This document shows, in pieces, positions 1 through 15,454 of a stretch of DNA of 64,000 nt. The position numbers and the translations under genes were made by a program. Location: assembly GCF_009914755.1 (NCBI RefSeq), contig NC_060927.1; one strand, 5' to 3'. How positions within the stretch are numbered: the stretch's first letter is position 1; every line of letters begins with the position of its first letter. The notes beneath the pieces are model-generated. The model ran no database searches, had not been told where the DNA came from, and saw only the letters and a list, made by a program, of their open reading frames with translations. This DNA comes from the human T2T-CHM13v2.0 reference genome, Homo sapiens.

Positions 1-1011
1 TGTTTAGGAAAGTCAGGATTCTACCAAATACTTGATTCTTCCCAATGCTTTGGAAACTGGATAAGCCACTACCCTTCCCATTTACTTGTTCAGATCAGAG
101 GTACAACATCCTTATTTTGTTCCTACTGTCCCTTAAAAACTTTTTTTAGCCATATAAGTGTCTCCCTTTTGTTTATTATTCTCCAAGACACTTAACAACA
201 CTCTTTGTTAGAAGAACATACTTAATTTTGAGGTGTGTAAGATGGCATATAAAAAAGGATTGCTGTAAATACCCCAAAGTTAAATTGTTTATCTAAAACT
301 TATGAGAATCATTTAGTTAGGAAAGAGTACCAAAAATCACATGAGAATGGAGAGAAGTTCTGAATTGATTTGACTTGTGTGTGGTTATCACTATATTAAA
401 TAACAAATTTTAAATATAATAAACTAATACTTCAACTTAAATAACTAAAAATATTCATTATTGGTAGAAATCTGTAAATACAATTCAATATTGGCAGAAA
501 ACCTGAAGGCATTTTTGTTTGAATTGGCATTCTAATTTCTAGTTAGGCTTTAGAAACACCTCATCTTTTTAAGAAGGAACAATTGTTCCTGCTCCAATTT
601 CTTCAAAATTTCCTTTGTACCAGATATTGACCTCTTACCAGGTATTGACCAGCTTGATTACTTGAAACCGTTGTTCTGAATGCTAATTCTCTTTACATCC
701 ATGGCCAAGAAGTAGTGTCTTTGAATTTGAAATTCATGGGTAGATTACATGAAACATCCACTTCAATTTCGAAGCTTAATTAATATTCCTATTACCTTGT
801 AAATTTGTTTTTGAAGGAAAAGATACGGTTCATGGTAGAGGTAATTTAATTAATATCACAAATATTCAGCAAATAGTAAAGAGGTTATTTTTGCTGTTGG
901 TCATATCGCAATTTATCTTTCTAGTGTTTCTGTGTGTATTTATGTGTATGTGTGTGCCTTTTTCTAAAAAAAGTTTTCTCTCCTTAATCTCACCAATCTG
1001 CTTATTTTAAG

Positions 1012-1094
1012 GAATTGTAACTTGTGCAGACCTTTTAAGTTTACTGAGACCAGATACCATTTATATAAACCTTTTAAAGATCCACAATTCTCAG
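1012..1094 (+). other. Candidate spliced internal exon (83 nt), host transcript not identified
   Basis: Pyrimidine-rich tract ending ttattttaAG (AG 1010-1011) and a perfect donor CAG|GTGAGT after 1094. Two frames are stop-free across it, but no protein is recognised. Confidence 0.5.
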
Positions 1095-2807
1095 GTGAGT
1101 AAGTCTTATGTGCTGAAAGGAGAGAGATTTGAGCTTTGTGAGGTCATTTTTTGACACAGGATAAATGCTCGAGAAATATTTATTGATTGAATACAATTTA
1201 AAATCTGATCGATTTCTTGATATAACATTTGGAGCGACTATGGCTGCTGAAGTGTCATCATAGAAATTTGGTTTTCAAGCAAACAATTCTCTTTTCTCTT
1301 CCTCTCCCCACCAACTCCTACCCCCCCTCTCTTCTTCCCCATTCTACCAATCTCAATTTTATCTTTCTTTCTTAATAAAAGATCCACACTTAGAAGAAAA
1401 AACCAATAACTAAATGTGATTTCAGTCTTTTCCCACCCCTCCTGTCAGCTTGGCATTTTGTTAAATGTTACTACTTTTCACTTTCAAAAAGATTTAGCCA
1501 ACAGCATTCAATCTACTTTCTACCAGGTAAAACTTGCCCACCCCCTAACCTTTAGGTCATTTCAATCATGTTATTTCTCCCATAATGCTAGAAGTAATGG
1601 AGTAGACATGAAGTGAAAGTAGAAGTTATATAGCTCTTTCTTTTGTTTGCTTGTCTCTAACTACCTTAAACTACTTCCTTCTAGTCTTTGTAACAACAGG
1701 ACAAAATGGTTCTATCTAAGTGGTCCCAAAGCCAGCCAGACGTCTGTAACCTATTTTTATGACCTTTCTCTCATCAGTAATTGTTCAGCAATTTGCGCCT
1801 AAAGAAGCCTTATGGCCCCCAGTGCCTGCATAAGATATGGTGAAACTTGCTTGAGGGCTAGCTCTGGCGATTATCACATACCAAGATCTTACAGGTCACC
1901 CAAATGCAAGAGGCTTAAAATACTTTAAAATATTTGAATAGTGAAGTGATGAACATGTTGTTAGAATGATCCTTTAATTTCATTTTAATGAGGATCCACT
2001 CATGGCCTCCTGTTCTCAGCTTTGCGTCTATTATGAGGATGTCTTTTTGGTAAGAAAGCCAACTAAGAGGTTTTATGTATGTTTGGTGGAAATGAGAAAC
2101 ATCCATTCAAAAAACAAACAAAAGAAGAATAAGAAGAAAAGAAGTGAAAGAAGAGAAGGAGAAGGTGGAGGAGGAAACACTGACAAAGAAACCCATATTG
2201 GTGTTCATCAGTTGCTTGTAAATGACAAGCTGTTATTTGCGTATGCATGGGGATAGTGGGGGGCCAAGCACCAGTGAGCTGGAGATGGAGCAGTTATATA
2301 AAAGAGACATGAACAGGAAACTAGTTTCTTCTTTATGTTCTCTGTGTATATTGTTTTCTTCCCATATACCCCTTTTGCCATTACCTTCTCTCATAGTCAG
2401 AATTTTTAATAATCATTATGCCTTCAGGTAGCTTTATGCAGCCAGTGGACATTCAATAAATATTAACTAATGACTGCGATGTATCATGCATTATGGACTG
2501 TTGTATTTCTCTTGGATCACAACCCATTAGCCTAATTTAAGTCTTAGAGACCTTATAGAAAATACATTAGTAATGACAGCAAGCCTGTAAAGAACTGCTT
2601 TTGGTTTCATGATGTTGAACACTTAGGAAATTTCTCATATACTAGTGAAAACACTCAAAAAGCATTTGTTGTGGGTAGTTAAGAAGCAGATGGGTGATTA
2701 GCATGGATATCCTTCAAGGTTCACTTCTAGGGAAATTTGAGATTATTCTTTAGTTTGATACAAAGTACTCTGCCTCCATTTACCATTTCCCTATGCTTTG
2801 CAAGCAC

Positions 2808-2808
2808 T

Positions 2809-2840
<32 letters not shown>

Positions 2841-2989
2841 AGTTTTTTAGAGGCAGGGTCTTGCTCTGTCACCCAGGCTAGAGCATCATCATAGCTCACT
2901 GCAGCTTCGAACTCCTGGGCTCAAGGAAGCCTCCCACCTTGGCCTCCCAAAGGACTGGGATTACAGGTGTGAGCCACTGTGCTCAGCCC
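2808..2989 (-). mobile_element. Alu monomer (FRAM/AluJ-like)
   Basis: T-rich tail, then gaggcagggtcttgctctgtcacccagg...ctcctgggctcaag...gggattacaggtgtgagccac; only one arm is present. Confidence 0.85.
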
Positions 2990-4783
2990 CTTTGCAAGTT
3001 CTTCTTAATTCATTTTAATTGTGTCTGTTGCTTATGGTTATCTGCCCCCCTCCCCCACCCTTCTCCATAACTCAGTCAGTGAAAAAGGTAAAAGAAGTCA
3101 GAAATTTTTCTTTGAGTCGCTAGAGCTCTATCCACTAGTGACTGCTAAAGTGGGCTCTGTGTACCCCAGGGATATTCACAGTGATCAAGTAGTGGTTCTT
3201 TCATTTTTAGTTTATTTTAACTTTATTCTTTATATCTATCTTTCATGTGTATTTTCTTTTGCATGTAATATATTAGTATTATATCAGGCAATCAATAGAC
3301 AAAAAGGTTTTAAGATGCTAGGACAAGACAACACAACATGATGGAAAAAGAATAGGTAACAGTGATGAGGAGATTCAGGAGATAATGAGATAAGTTTGTT
3401 CGGTCCAAGATAAATAATCCTTGCTCTCTTGAAACCCAGGAGTAACTTACATTGTACTAATAATCACAAAAAGAGGGAGAAAAAGGCAGCAGGCAGGGAC
3501 AGTCTTTCTTGCTCTGATTCTGGTTAGTTTTCTATAGACTTTGCTGTTTTCCTCACAGAGGTTGGGAAGACAGAGATGATTATTATTATAAGCTAAAAAA
3601 TAAATCTTCAGCAATTAGGTTTGGCCATGAAAGTTACATTATATCTATAAATATAATTTTTTTCAAAGATCCTCAGATGTCTTTGGATATACATAAAGTG
3701 CTTTGCTTAAGAATTTCCAATCTAAAAGCACTCACAGACAGGAACCAAGCCATGCTGCAGATGTGGGGATTTCAACCCTGTTGGCATTAATGGCTCTGTG
3801 AAAGCAGCATACTTTATCTTAGTCGATGATTCACAATGTTTGTGCATAGCTTTGAGATGTTTTAGCAGAACTATTTACCCCGCAATGTCCAACTAAATGC
3901 AACAGCAATGGGATTGTGGAAAGTGTTCATAACGTGAGGTTTGAAAATAAAGTAAAGCTAGCCAAACAATTGGAAGTGGAAAGGAAGTGTTGGTTGTTGC
4001 TTGGACATGGAATGAATTTTGTCCAAATGAATCATTCTACAGGACAAAGAGTGAATTACCTAAAACACAGTACCTATATGAATTACAATAATCATAGAGG
4101 AAATAATTATGTGAACGCAAAATCTTTCGAGGGGGTGCCTGGGTGGTAGGTTTCAAGTCTTTCCAAACAATAAGCAATTGTTAACTGTGTAACCCCAATA
4201 CACTTATATTTATTGATTATATACAACGTACATATACAACTATCACTAGCTAATATCTCAGGGCAAAATTCACATTTGAGGCAAGACAATTCATTAATAA
4301 CAGTGGATATAAATTGATTGGAGGGGGACACTGTCTTGTCAGATATGATAAGATCGTTAATTTTTTCTCTGTAATGTGATGAACAAAGAGCTTATATTAG
4401 GAGTGGGAGAAGTGTCATCTCTGCCATTTTCTTGTTGTTTATATGTGCTTGCATAATTAATATTCTCTTTGATTCTCACAGCATCTTTGCAGAAAAAATT
4501 AAAAAGCCAGGTGCTCGTTTTGAAAGCGTGAGCATAAACTAGAAAATATAGTCTGGAAATGTGCTGAACTGGGGACACACTCCAGTAAGTTGTAGTGTGA
4601 CAAAGGAGGAAAGAGAGGCCACCACTGTTGATCCCTTCACACTCTGGGGGATCACACATGCCCTCTTCCCTCAGAGCATGCGGGCCAAGTAAGAATAACT
4701 GTCAACTCCTATATTACACACTGGTAAATATTAATTCTTTTTGACTTTTAAGATAAACATTTTTGTTAATAAAAGTGCTGGTA

Positions 4784-5095
<312 letters not shown>

Positions 5096-6667
5096 AATTT
5101 CTCTCATTTTGGAAACCCTTGATGTAGAAGATCAGCTCAATTTCAGGCATCTATTAGCTTGATATTCATTCTGAAGAGGGGTAAGTTTGTCCAAGTAATT
5201 AAAGGCTAAAATGGTGATAAAACCTTTAGTAAGCTTTATTTCAGAGGTTCAAAACTTGTTTGAATTTGGGCAACATGGAAGAATCCAGATAATGAATGAA
5301 TAATAAAGCCACTATGGGATTCCCTGTAACATAAACTGGGGAGAGTGACATCTGCCTTAATATATTTTGATATATTTAGGTAAAAATATTTAACACAGAA
5401 TTAAGGAAGAGAAGCATGTGACTGGTTTTAAAGTGTGAAGGACAGATTTAATCTCCTACTTGGTGGATAGTTATTATAACTTCTATGTCTAGTGGTATGG
5501 CCAGCTAGAAGCACTGGCTGACTCTCTTGCTAAAGAAAACTGGATAAGTACCATATAACATACATAAAGAATCTTTGTAAAGGCACTGATGAGCTGGCAA
5601 GAAGATGAGGATTCCTGACAGGTCAAATACTGAGTGAAAGTAGGAACCCAGAGTGGCAAGCTGAGCACACTGAAGCATGTTCACACACTGCCCTGAAGCT
5701 GGTTGAACGTCAGTGACTTTGAGTGTCAGTTTTCATACTGCTGACAGGAGGTAAAACATAGGTCCTACCTAAGGAGGGGAATTTAATCAGGGGACCTCCG
5801 ACATAAAGCTAAAGCCCCAAAAGGTCATAGCCTCCAAGTAAGGGTGAAAAAGAAAAACCTGTCTTCCAAGGGGAAATAAGAAAAACGGCCTCTTTCAAGT
5901 CTTGCTGGTGGGAAGAGAATAAAAATATTTCCTGAGTATTCTCAGTCATCAGTGAGTCCTCACCTAGGTTTGTGGCCCCAAAACATGCTATCTGGGTGTG
6001 CTGAAAATCTAAAGCCAATAATTAGGTTTAAAGTGGTCCTAGGTGAGCTAGGCTCATGTGTCTAGGACAGAAGACACAAATCTGGAGAAACTCGCTTAAA
6101 ACTCAGACCCAAATAATTCCCATGTATATTTAACTTCCAATAACCATGAGCTCATAATCTAAAAATCAACTAATACCTGGAAAACAATACACCATGAACA
6201 TGAGCCAACAGAGACAGATCTGCAAAGGCTTTCCAATATTTAATTGGAAATATTTTTATTCCCGTAATTGTATGTCACATACTGTCAAATAAATACGTTT
6301 TATGTATTTAAAGGAAAAAAGTAAGAGAATATAATTAGGAGTAAGGTGCAAGAAACTAAAAATTTTTCAAACAAATTTAAAAAAATTAGAAATAGTAATT
6401 GAAATGACAAATTCAATGGATGGCATTGATAGCAGATTAGACACCGGTGAAGACAGAAATTACGTAGCATGCAACACACAGAGAAATTTTAAAAAATGAA
6501 TAGTTAAGAAACATGTAGGTAGAGTTTCAGAAGAAAAGAGAGAGAATGCATCGGAGAAAGAACATATGAAGAAATGATGGCTGAACATTTTCCAGAAAAT
6601 GAGAAACACACTTCTTAGATATGGGAATTTTAAAGAATCCCAAGAATAATAATTAAAAATAATTCAG

Positions 6668-6990
6668 GACCAGGCACAATGGCTCCTGCCTGTAATCCCA
6701 GCCCTTTGGCAGGCCAAAGTGGAAGGATTGCTTGAGCCTAGGAGTTCAAAACCATCCTGGACAACATAGTGAGACCCCATCTCTATAAAAAAAAGGAAAA
6801 AAAAATAAGAATATTGGCTGAGTGTAGCAGTACTCACCTGTAGTCCCAGCTACTCAGAAGACTGAGGCAGGAGGATCGCTTGAGTCCAGGAGGGTCAAGG
6901 CTACATACAGTGAGCCATCATTGCGTGCCACTGCACTCCAGCCTGAGCAACAGAGTGTGAGCCTGTCTCAAAAAAAAAAAAAAAAAAAAA
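6668..6990 (+). mobile_element. AluJ
   Basis: ggaaggattgcttgagcctaggagttc, gaggatcgcttgagtccagg, poly(A) tail; lies inside the old L1. Confidence 0.93.
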
Positions 6991-8742
6991 AGGAATTTCC
7001 ATCTACACTCATCTTAGTGAAACAGTAGAATAATGAAAACAAAAAGAGGCTCTTAAGGTCAGCTAGAGACAGAAGAGGGGTTATCCATACAGGCAAAACA
7101 ATTAGACTGTGACCAACTTATCAGAAACAACAATGAAAGCCAGAAAAACAGTGGAATGGTACCGTCAAGATGTTCAGAAAACCGGGAATTGTATACTCTA
7201 TGAAAATAATTTTCCAGAAAAAAAGGATGAAAACAAATTTCTAACAAATACATATTCAATGAGTTTGACATCTAAAAAAAATACCTCAGGCAGGAGGAAA
7301 GTCATCCCAGATGGGGAAATTTGGGATGCAATAAAGATTTTTTAGAGGTGGTAAATAATAAGCAAACTTAAGCAAAAGTTGACAATAAGACAAGAATGAT
7401 AAAATTTGTAAGGTTAAAAAGTAGAACTAAAAAGAGGGCAGTAAGAACATTGAGAAGTAGTTACCAGAGATAGCGTTCTATGGTTTACATGGTTATCTAG
7501 TTGAAAATGAGTATATAACTCTATGGTTAGATAGTTTAAGAAGCTGATATATTAACTATAGGCTTTGATAAAAGTTAGCATATGTGTTTACTTTATTGGG
7601 ATAATCGCTAAATGAATAGAAATAAAGTATGTAATATCTAAATTAGTAGAGGAAAAAATGGAAAGAGAAAAATACCTAACATAAATGTGTAAAGAAATAA
7701 TAAAAAGCAACTTTAAAAGCAAGAAAAATAAGCATAAATAATACAGTAGAAATAAACCCAAATATATCAGCAACATGAATTAAATATACCAATCTAAAAA
7801 TTGTCAAGTTGGATTTTAAAAAATTCTTAATTGTATGATGTTTATAAGACACCTTTTAGCATAGGGATACCAAAAAGTTAAAAGTTAAAAGAAGGGATTG
7901 AAAATGAAACTCTCTGCAAAACCAAAAGTAAGCAGGGAAAACGTAGCAATATCCAGTAAAATGGACCTTACAGCAAAAATAAAGAGAGAAACTTGAGATA
8001 AAGAGGACAACTCATTATGCTAAATGTTCATAATGTCAATTAACCAGGAAGATATCATATTTAAAAAATTGGATACATTTAATACTATATCCTCAAAATA
8101 TATAAAATAAAACCATAAAATTGCAAGAAGATATAAATAAATTCATCATCATAGTTGAAGAAACAATGTACTGTTCTGAGTAATTAATAGATTAATAGAT
8201 TAAACAGACCAAAAAGAAGACTATGGAAAATTAGAATAGCGTAAATAAGAAGCTGTTCCCAATGGGTATATGTAGAACATTATACTCAGCAAATGGGAAA
8301 TGTGTAATCTTTTCAATCATATATACTCAAAGTATCAAAGGAAACCAGACATTTGTTCATAAAACTAGTTCATCAAATTCTAAAGATTAGTAGGATATAG
8401 GACATATTCTCTGGGCACAGTAGAATTAAGTAAGCAGTTAAAAACCAGAAAATCCTCATGAGTTTTTAAGGTAAGAAACATGTTCTATATATTATCCAGA
8501 TAAGACAAGAAATTTTAAGAAAAATTAGAGAAACTTAGAAGTAAAGAGTAATAAAAATACAACACAAAATTTTGGTAGTCTAAAGGGAAATTATTGGCAT
8601 TAAACTATTTATATTGGGGGGAAAGGAAAAATATTAATAGGTAACTAATCAACTCAGGAAGTTAGAAAAAAACAATAGAATGAAATCAAAGAAAGCAGAA
8701 GGAAATAAATGGTAAGAATAAGAGCAGAAATTTAATGAAATT

Positions 8743-9148
8743 GTCACTCATTTGTGGGAGCTAAAAACTAAAAATTGAACTCATGGAGATGGAGAGTAGA
8801 ATGATCATTAACAGAGGCTGGGAAAGGTAGTGGTGGGGAGAGTGGAGATGGTTAATGGGTATAAAGATACAGTTAGATAGACTGAATAAGATCTAGTATT
8901 TTATAGCACCACAGGGTGATTATGGTCAATAATAATTTATAGTACACTTTGAAATAACTAAAAGAGTATAATTTAAATGTTTGTAACACAAAGAAATGAT
9001 AAATGCTTGAGGTGATGGATACCCCCATTTACCCTGATGTGGTTATTATGCACTGTATGCCCATATCAAAATATCTCACATATCCTATAAATATATACAC
9101 ATACTATGTATCCATAAAAAGTAAAAATAGTTTTTAAAAGATTTTTAA
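8743..9148 (+). mobile_element. L1MA-type 3' end fragment inserted in the older L1
   Basis: tcactcatttgtgggagctaaaa...gaactcatggagatggagagtagaatg...aaatgcttgaggtgatggatacccc; flanked by a 15-bp TSD aaatttaat(g/a)aaatt at 8728-8742 and 9149-9163. Confidence 0.88.
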
Positions 9149-9282
9149 AAATTTAATAAAATTAAAAACAAATATACAGTAGAGAGGACTAATAAAAGCT
9201 ACCTAAAGGAGAAACAATCAGGAAAAAAAGAGGAAGATACAATGTGTGAAAATAAAAAAAAAAAAAAAAGAATGAATAAGGG

Positions 9283-9611
<329 letters not shown>

Positions 9612-11688
9612 TCAAAGATTTAAATAATAAGAGACCATTACGAAAATCTTCTCTACTAATTAATTTGGAAATTTATTTAAAGTGGAAAAGCTTTAAGGGA
9701 AATATAATCTCCCTGACTCAAAAGAAAGGGATACTGAGTAATCCAACAAAATCAAAGAAATGGAATCAGTAATGAAAATCTTTCCACAAAGAAAACACAG
9801 ACCAGATAGTTTTACTGGAAAGTTCTATTAAACATTGTAACGAACATAAATCCAATCTTATGCAAATTATTCCAGAGTAAGAAAAAGCAGGAACATTCAT
9901 CAACTCATTTTATGAAGCTAACATAAATTTATACTAAGACCTAAAAATGGGGAATTGTAGGCTAACCTCATTCAGAAACAGAGGTAAAAATCCTAAATAA
10001 AATAATAAATCTAGCAATATAAAAAGATAATACATTATGATTAAGTTGGTTTTATTCTAGAAATTTAAGGTTGCTTTGTCATTGAATTAATTAATGTAAT
10101 TCACCATATTAACAAATTAAAGAGAAAAGTATATGATTATCTCAAAATATTTTATAAAATATTTTATAAAATTTGCAATAAAAATTCTTAGCAAATTAGA
10201 AAAAGAAGTTTCTCAACCTAAAAAAGGATATCTATGAAAGTTCTACAGACACTACCACACTTAATGTCAAACTAAAAGCTTTCCTTTTTTTATCAGAAAT
10301 AAGAGAAAGGGGCCTAAATAGCATTGATTTTATTAAAATTATACTGAAGGTTATATAAGCTGTGATAAAGTAAGTAATATATAAAAGATGAAAAGGATGA
10401 AACAACACTCTTTTTCTTTGCAAATGGTATGACTGTCTAGTAGAAGACCCAGAAGAATCTACAGATAAATAGGAAAAACTAGATTAGACATAGATTTTGG
10501 TAGATACAAAAATCAATCTACAAAAAAACACATTTTTATTAATGAGAAGAAAATGTTAAAATATAACTTACAATAAAATCAGAAAACAGAAATAAATGAA
10601 TACAACTTGATTCAAAGACAGGGAGAAATATACCGAGTTTATGTGTAGGAAGACTCAAGGTTTCAAAGATGTCATTTCGCTTTGAATTGATTTGCAAATT
10701 CTGATTTCTAGAAATTCAGACAAAAAATTCCAACTATTTTTTCCTGTAGAATTTATCAAACTGTTTTTTAAAATCATATGGAAGAACAAATGTCCAGAAT
10801 ACTCAAGATGCTCCTGAAGAGAAGACTAAGTAAGGTGAAAAGACTTGCCCTACCAAAGGTTCTAGAATTTTTTTAAAGTTATAGCAATCAGGAAGTATGG
10901 TATTGACACAGCATTGGACAAATAGATCAATGGTACAGAATAGAGAGCCCAGAAAAAAAAAGAATAACACATTTGGAAACTTGATTAGTTATAAAACTTG
11001 TATTACAGTTAAGTGGAAAAATGATGGACTTTTCAATATATGGTGCTGTGACAAATCACATGAAACAAAATTAAATTGAACCATTCTTCATACACACCTA
11101 AAAAATTGCAAATATACTAATGGGTGAAAAATCTTTCAGAAGAAAATATAGGAGAAATCTCCCTGACCTCAGAATAGGGAAATATTTTTCAAAATTAGAC
11201 AAATGCCACTAACCAAAATAAAGAGATTCAACTGTACGAAAATTAAGGTGCTATGTTCATCAAAATGCACAAAAAGTAAAGTGAAATAATAAGCCACAAA
11301 GTAAGAAAGGATATTAGTAACACATATGACTGACAAAGGATTAATAGTACAAACCACATAGGAACTAGAAATTCATAAGAAAGACAAAAACATAATATTA
11401 ATATAAAAATAGATTTGAAGAGGTACCACATAAAAATGGAAATAGACATGACCAATAGACATTTGAAAAGATGCTCAAACTTCTTAGTAGTTAGAAAATC
11501 CAAAATCACAATACATCCAAGTGCTACTTGTCAGATTTGCAGAATATAAAACATCTAACAATGTCAAAGATTTGTAAGAATCTGGAGCTTCAGGAACTCT
11601 TATGCCCTGCAGCTGGGAGCCCAAAGTGGTAAAATCATTTTGGAAAACTATTTTGCATTATCTAATAAAATTTAAAATGTGCACACTG

Positions 11689-12015
11689 TGGAACACTCTT
11701 CCTCTGATATCCACATGACTTCTGCCTCATCTCCTTCAAGTTTTTGTTCACATGTCACGTGCTCACCACGTTACTCTTTCTGACCACCCTATGTAACATT
11801 AGAAACTGCCCAGACACTTCCTATTTCCTCCCAACTTCATTTTTCTCCATAAAACTTATCACTTTCCAACAGATATAATTTATATATTTATTTTGCCTGT
11901 TTCCCTTTACTAGTACATAAGCACATGAAGTCAGAGACTCCTGCCTGTTCTTTTTATGTATGTGTGCTTAGAGTATAAAATATTGCCTGACACAGAAAAA
12001 AACTTGTTGAATTAA
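11689..12015 (+). mobile_element. L2 (L2a-like) 3' end nested in the old L1
   Basis: tggaacactcttcctctgatatccacatg...ctgaccaccctat...gcctgacacag...ttgttgaat resembles the L2 3' terminus; L1 sequence resumes after it. Confidence 0.8.
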
Positions 12016-12869
12016 ATACCTTATGGTCCAGCAATTCTGCTCAACATGTACATCACGGAATAACACAAAACAGGAGACATGCACAAGAATGCTTGTAGCA
12101 GTATAACTTGTAATGGGAAAAAACAAAAACACAACACAACAAAACATTTTTTTAAAAAAAGTCCTTAGCTGTACATCAACAAAAGATTGAATAATTCATT
12201 GTGGAATATTCACATAAAGGAATATTATATAGCAATTAAAATAGATGATATATAACATGAATTCGAAAACCTAACATTGAGCCAAAAAAGAAGTCTCACA
12301 AAAATACAAACAGCATGAATCCATTTATTTAAATTATGAAAACTTGCAAAACTAAGTAATACATTATTTAAAGCTACGAAAAACGTAAAGATGAACAGGG
12401 AGTTATAAGTAAGCAATTCAGTGACGTTTACTCTTGAATGAAAAGGAATGCCCATAGGTGGTGTTGGTCTTCATTCTAGTGGTAGTCTTCTACTTTACAC
12501 TCTACATATGCATGCAATTGAAGCAATGAGTTCATCAGAGCCTGTAAGTTCCTACTGGGCTTGATTGTGCTGAAGTATTTAAAAAGTAGATTTCACCCAC
12601 AGGTTTTAATGTGTCTGGGTGTAGACTTACTTCTGAACTATGTAAATATTCCTTGTTGAATTGAGCAGCCTTTAAGAAGTAGGGTGGCCACAAGGTTATT
12701 TGCTTCGTTGGGGTTCCCACAATCTCTATTATCTCTAGACTCCCACAGACCGCTGCACTTTGGGATGGAGAGCCTGAATAATTCAAGTCCGAGTTCTGAT
12801 GATACTAACCAGTTGCTGTCATGTTGGCAAGAGACACTTTATACAAAGGAGATTTACTAAATTTTACAG

Positions 12870-13010
12870 TGATCCTACTATGAGATAGTATTATTATGTC
12901 CATTTTACAGATAAGAAAACTGAGACAGAGAAATTGAGAATCTTGCTCAATATCCATAGCTGATAAATTTTAGAACTAAGATTCGTGCCTAGGTCCGCCT
13001 GACTCCAGAC
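12870..13010 (-). mobile_element. MIR
   Basis: cattttacagataagaaaactgagacagag core and gcctgactccaga end. Confidence 0.8.
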
Positions 13011-14028
13011 GTTTTTCTTTCCTGTCAGTCAGTCTCCTCTTAGCTCCCAGAGCTTCTGCTGTTCCAGCTAATTTGTTCCCTCTGTATCTCTCAGTAATTT
13101 TCCACATATAAAGTATTTTACAAATTTGACCCAAAGGAAGAAATTGGGTAGAGAGGAAATTCACTGTTTCTGCAGGAAAAAGGGCTGCAGCACACACCCA
13201 TCTGTTGTTTACCGAGGCTGAGAAGGCTGAATGGTTCCCAGTAAGCAGTGTCTGCCTTCTGCATTTTGCTTCTTTGGAAGATGTTTCTTGTCCTGCCCCT
13301 CACCACCCACTCGCTTCTGTCTGGTTCCTCTTTTGCTGGCCCTCTTCCCATAGCAGTTAATGTTTGCCCTGCAAGTGCCAGAGCATTCATCCTTTCTTCC
13401 TTGAATGATGTGCCCATTTGCATATCATGCAAACAGCCCAGCTGCTGAAGTCCCAGATAGGGTAAATAACGGTCACAGTGTTTGTGCTGATTCCTCCTGG
13501 GGCCTTCTGGAACCTGCTGCACAGCTCCAGGGGAGAAAAATCGTTTTGTTGGAATCTCTGCTCTGATCTTGTGACATCATGAATGAATACTTGTGCTAAA
13601 AATGCACACGTAACCCTTTCCATGTAAATATGTGCTTTTGAGCCTAATGACGTAGGAAGGTTTGTAGATGGAGACAAAATGCCCACTATTATTTTTGCTT
13701 TGTCTAACTTATTTGATTTTTACTTTGGAATATGTTTTCTAAGTATACATTCATTTTAAAAATTCAGTAAAAACAATAATTTAACATAATTCCACAAACA
13801 TTTAAATATTGTTTTCAAATGTAATCAGTTATACTCTTTATGCATCTAATATATCAATTTTATAGTAACAACACATGGCAATGAAAAAAGAACTTAACAC
13901 CTGGCAATGAAAAAAGAATCAGTAAACCTATACTGAAACAGATTACAAAGTTTCTACCACCATTGATTTGTTTTTTACTTTCTTTATTATCCTTTCAATT
14001 AAGTTTTTTCTCTCTTATTTCTTCCCAG

Positions 14029-14250
14029 GAGTACAACTTACACACCAAACCTCGAGTGAGAGTAGTCATTTCTGGACCAGCTGAAGCTGTAGATTATCTA
14101 GTGGGATACACTCCTGGTTACAACTACACTTTTTCTGTTACCGTAGAACCATTCAATTTGTTGGCTTTGAACTCAATACGTTTTGTTTTTTGTGATCCCA
14201 ATCAGTGCTCACAAATGATGCTTATTTTGAATCTCATTTTTGTAATATAG
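14029..14250 (+). other. Candidate exon after a strong 3' splice site; 3' boundary uncertain (moderate donor after 14055, or terminal exon)
   Basis: ttttttctctcttatttcttcccAG|G at 14027-14028; possible donor CGA|GTGAGA; the phase-0 frame stays open to 14250. Confidence 0.35.
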
Positions 14251-15454
14251 TCTGTCTTTTTTGAATTTTTTTCATTTATCAATTAAGATGTACAGTCTCT
14301 TAATATTCATTTTTATATGAATGCATAAATATTTCTATTTTAGGTCATGTATACTTTTAAATATATTTATATATTATATATAATTATATATATTATACGT
14401 ATTTATAATTCATTTAACAAGCTTCTAAAAATCTGATCATTAGTCATTTAGGGTCAGCCTAGGTGAAGCTCTGATAAAAAAAAATCAACGATCAGATTGT
14501 AGAAGCTGCCAAATCTCCAGAGAGCCTAATGAAAATATCTAATTATTTTACATTTTAATGTTCTGGTTTATATAAATGTCATTGCCCTAGAATGATTTTA
14601 CCAACAACTGTTTTGAATTCCAAGACTTGAAGTATAGGAATTTCAGGTAGAAAGACTGAAAGTTAAGTCACAAATTTATATGTTTATTCCAGCTCATTCG
14701 TTTCTTTAATTAATGCTTACTGTATCCCTATGCTGGGCACTGTGGAGCCCGTAGAAATCAGACTAGCTACCTACACTGCAGCACACAGCCTTGCTAACAC
14801 CTCTGAGAAACACGCTAAAATGAGTGCACATGTTGGCCAGCAAACCCACATACGCAAGGAAAATACCTTTCTTTTTTCTTACTTTACAACTTAGTTTTTG
14901 ACTCTACTCTAATGTTAGTATGTCCTCCTTGGTCATCGTTTCTATCTAAGTTCATTCTTGTGGTGATCTCATCAAGCCCAATGGCCTTACATACCATCCA
15001 TATGTTGTTGGCTCCCAAATGTGTCTATTCAGTCCTGACCTATCCCCTTGGATTCCAGATCCATGTGTTCAACTGCCTGATTGAAATCTCCACCTGGATG
15101 TCTAACAGGCATCTCACACCGGGCTTGCACATAACAGATTCCTGTTCATCCCTTCCAAACCGCCTCCCCCTATACACGTCATCTCAACTAACATCAACCT
15201 CATTTTAGTTGTTCAAGATAAAATCCTCAGTGTCATCCCTAACTTCTCTTTTTCTCCCACCCCACATCTGATCTGTCAGCAAATTCTCTTGGTTCGATCT
15301 GTAAAAAAGATCCAACATTCATCTACTTCTTACCACCTCCACTGCCACCAACCTGCACAAGTAAGTCATCATGATCTCTCACGTGGTTTTATTGCAAATA
15401 ATCTTCTAACTAGTCTCTCTGCTTCTGCCATCCCCCTTCACATCCAGTTCTCCC

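Noticed and set aside
2110-2180. Purine-rich stretch giving a Lys/Glu/Gly-rich ORF (2002-2256)
   Set aside because: Low-complexity GA-rich sequence without splice or homology support.
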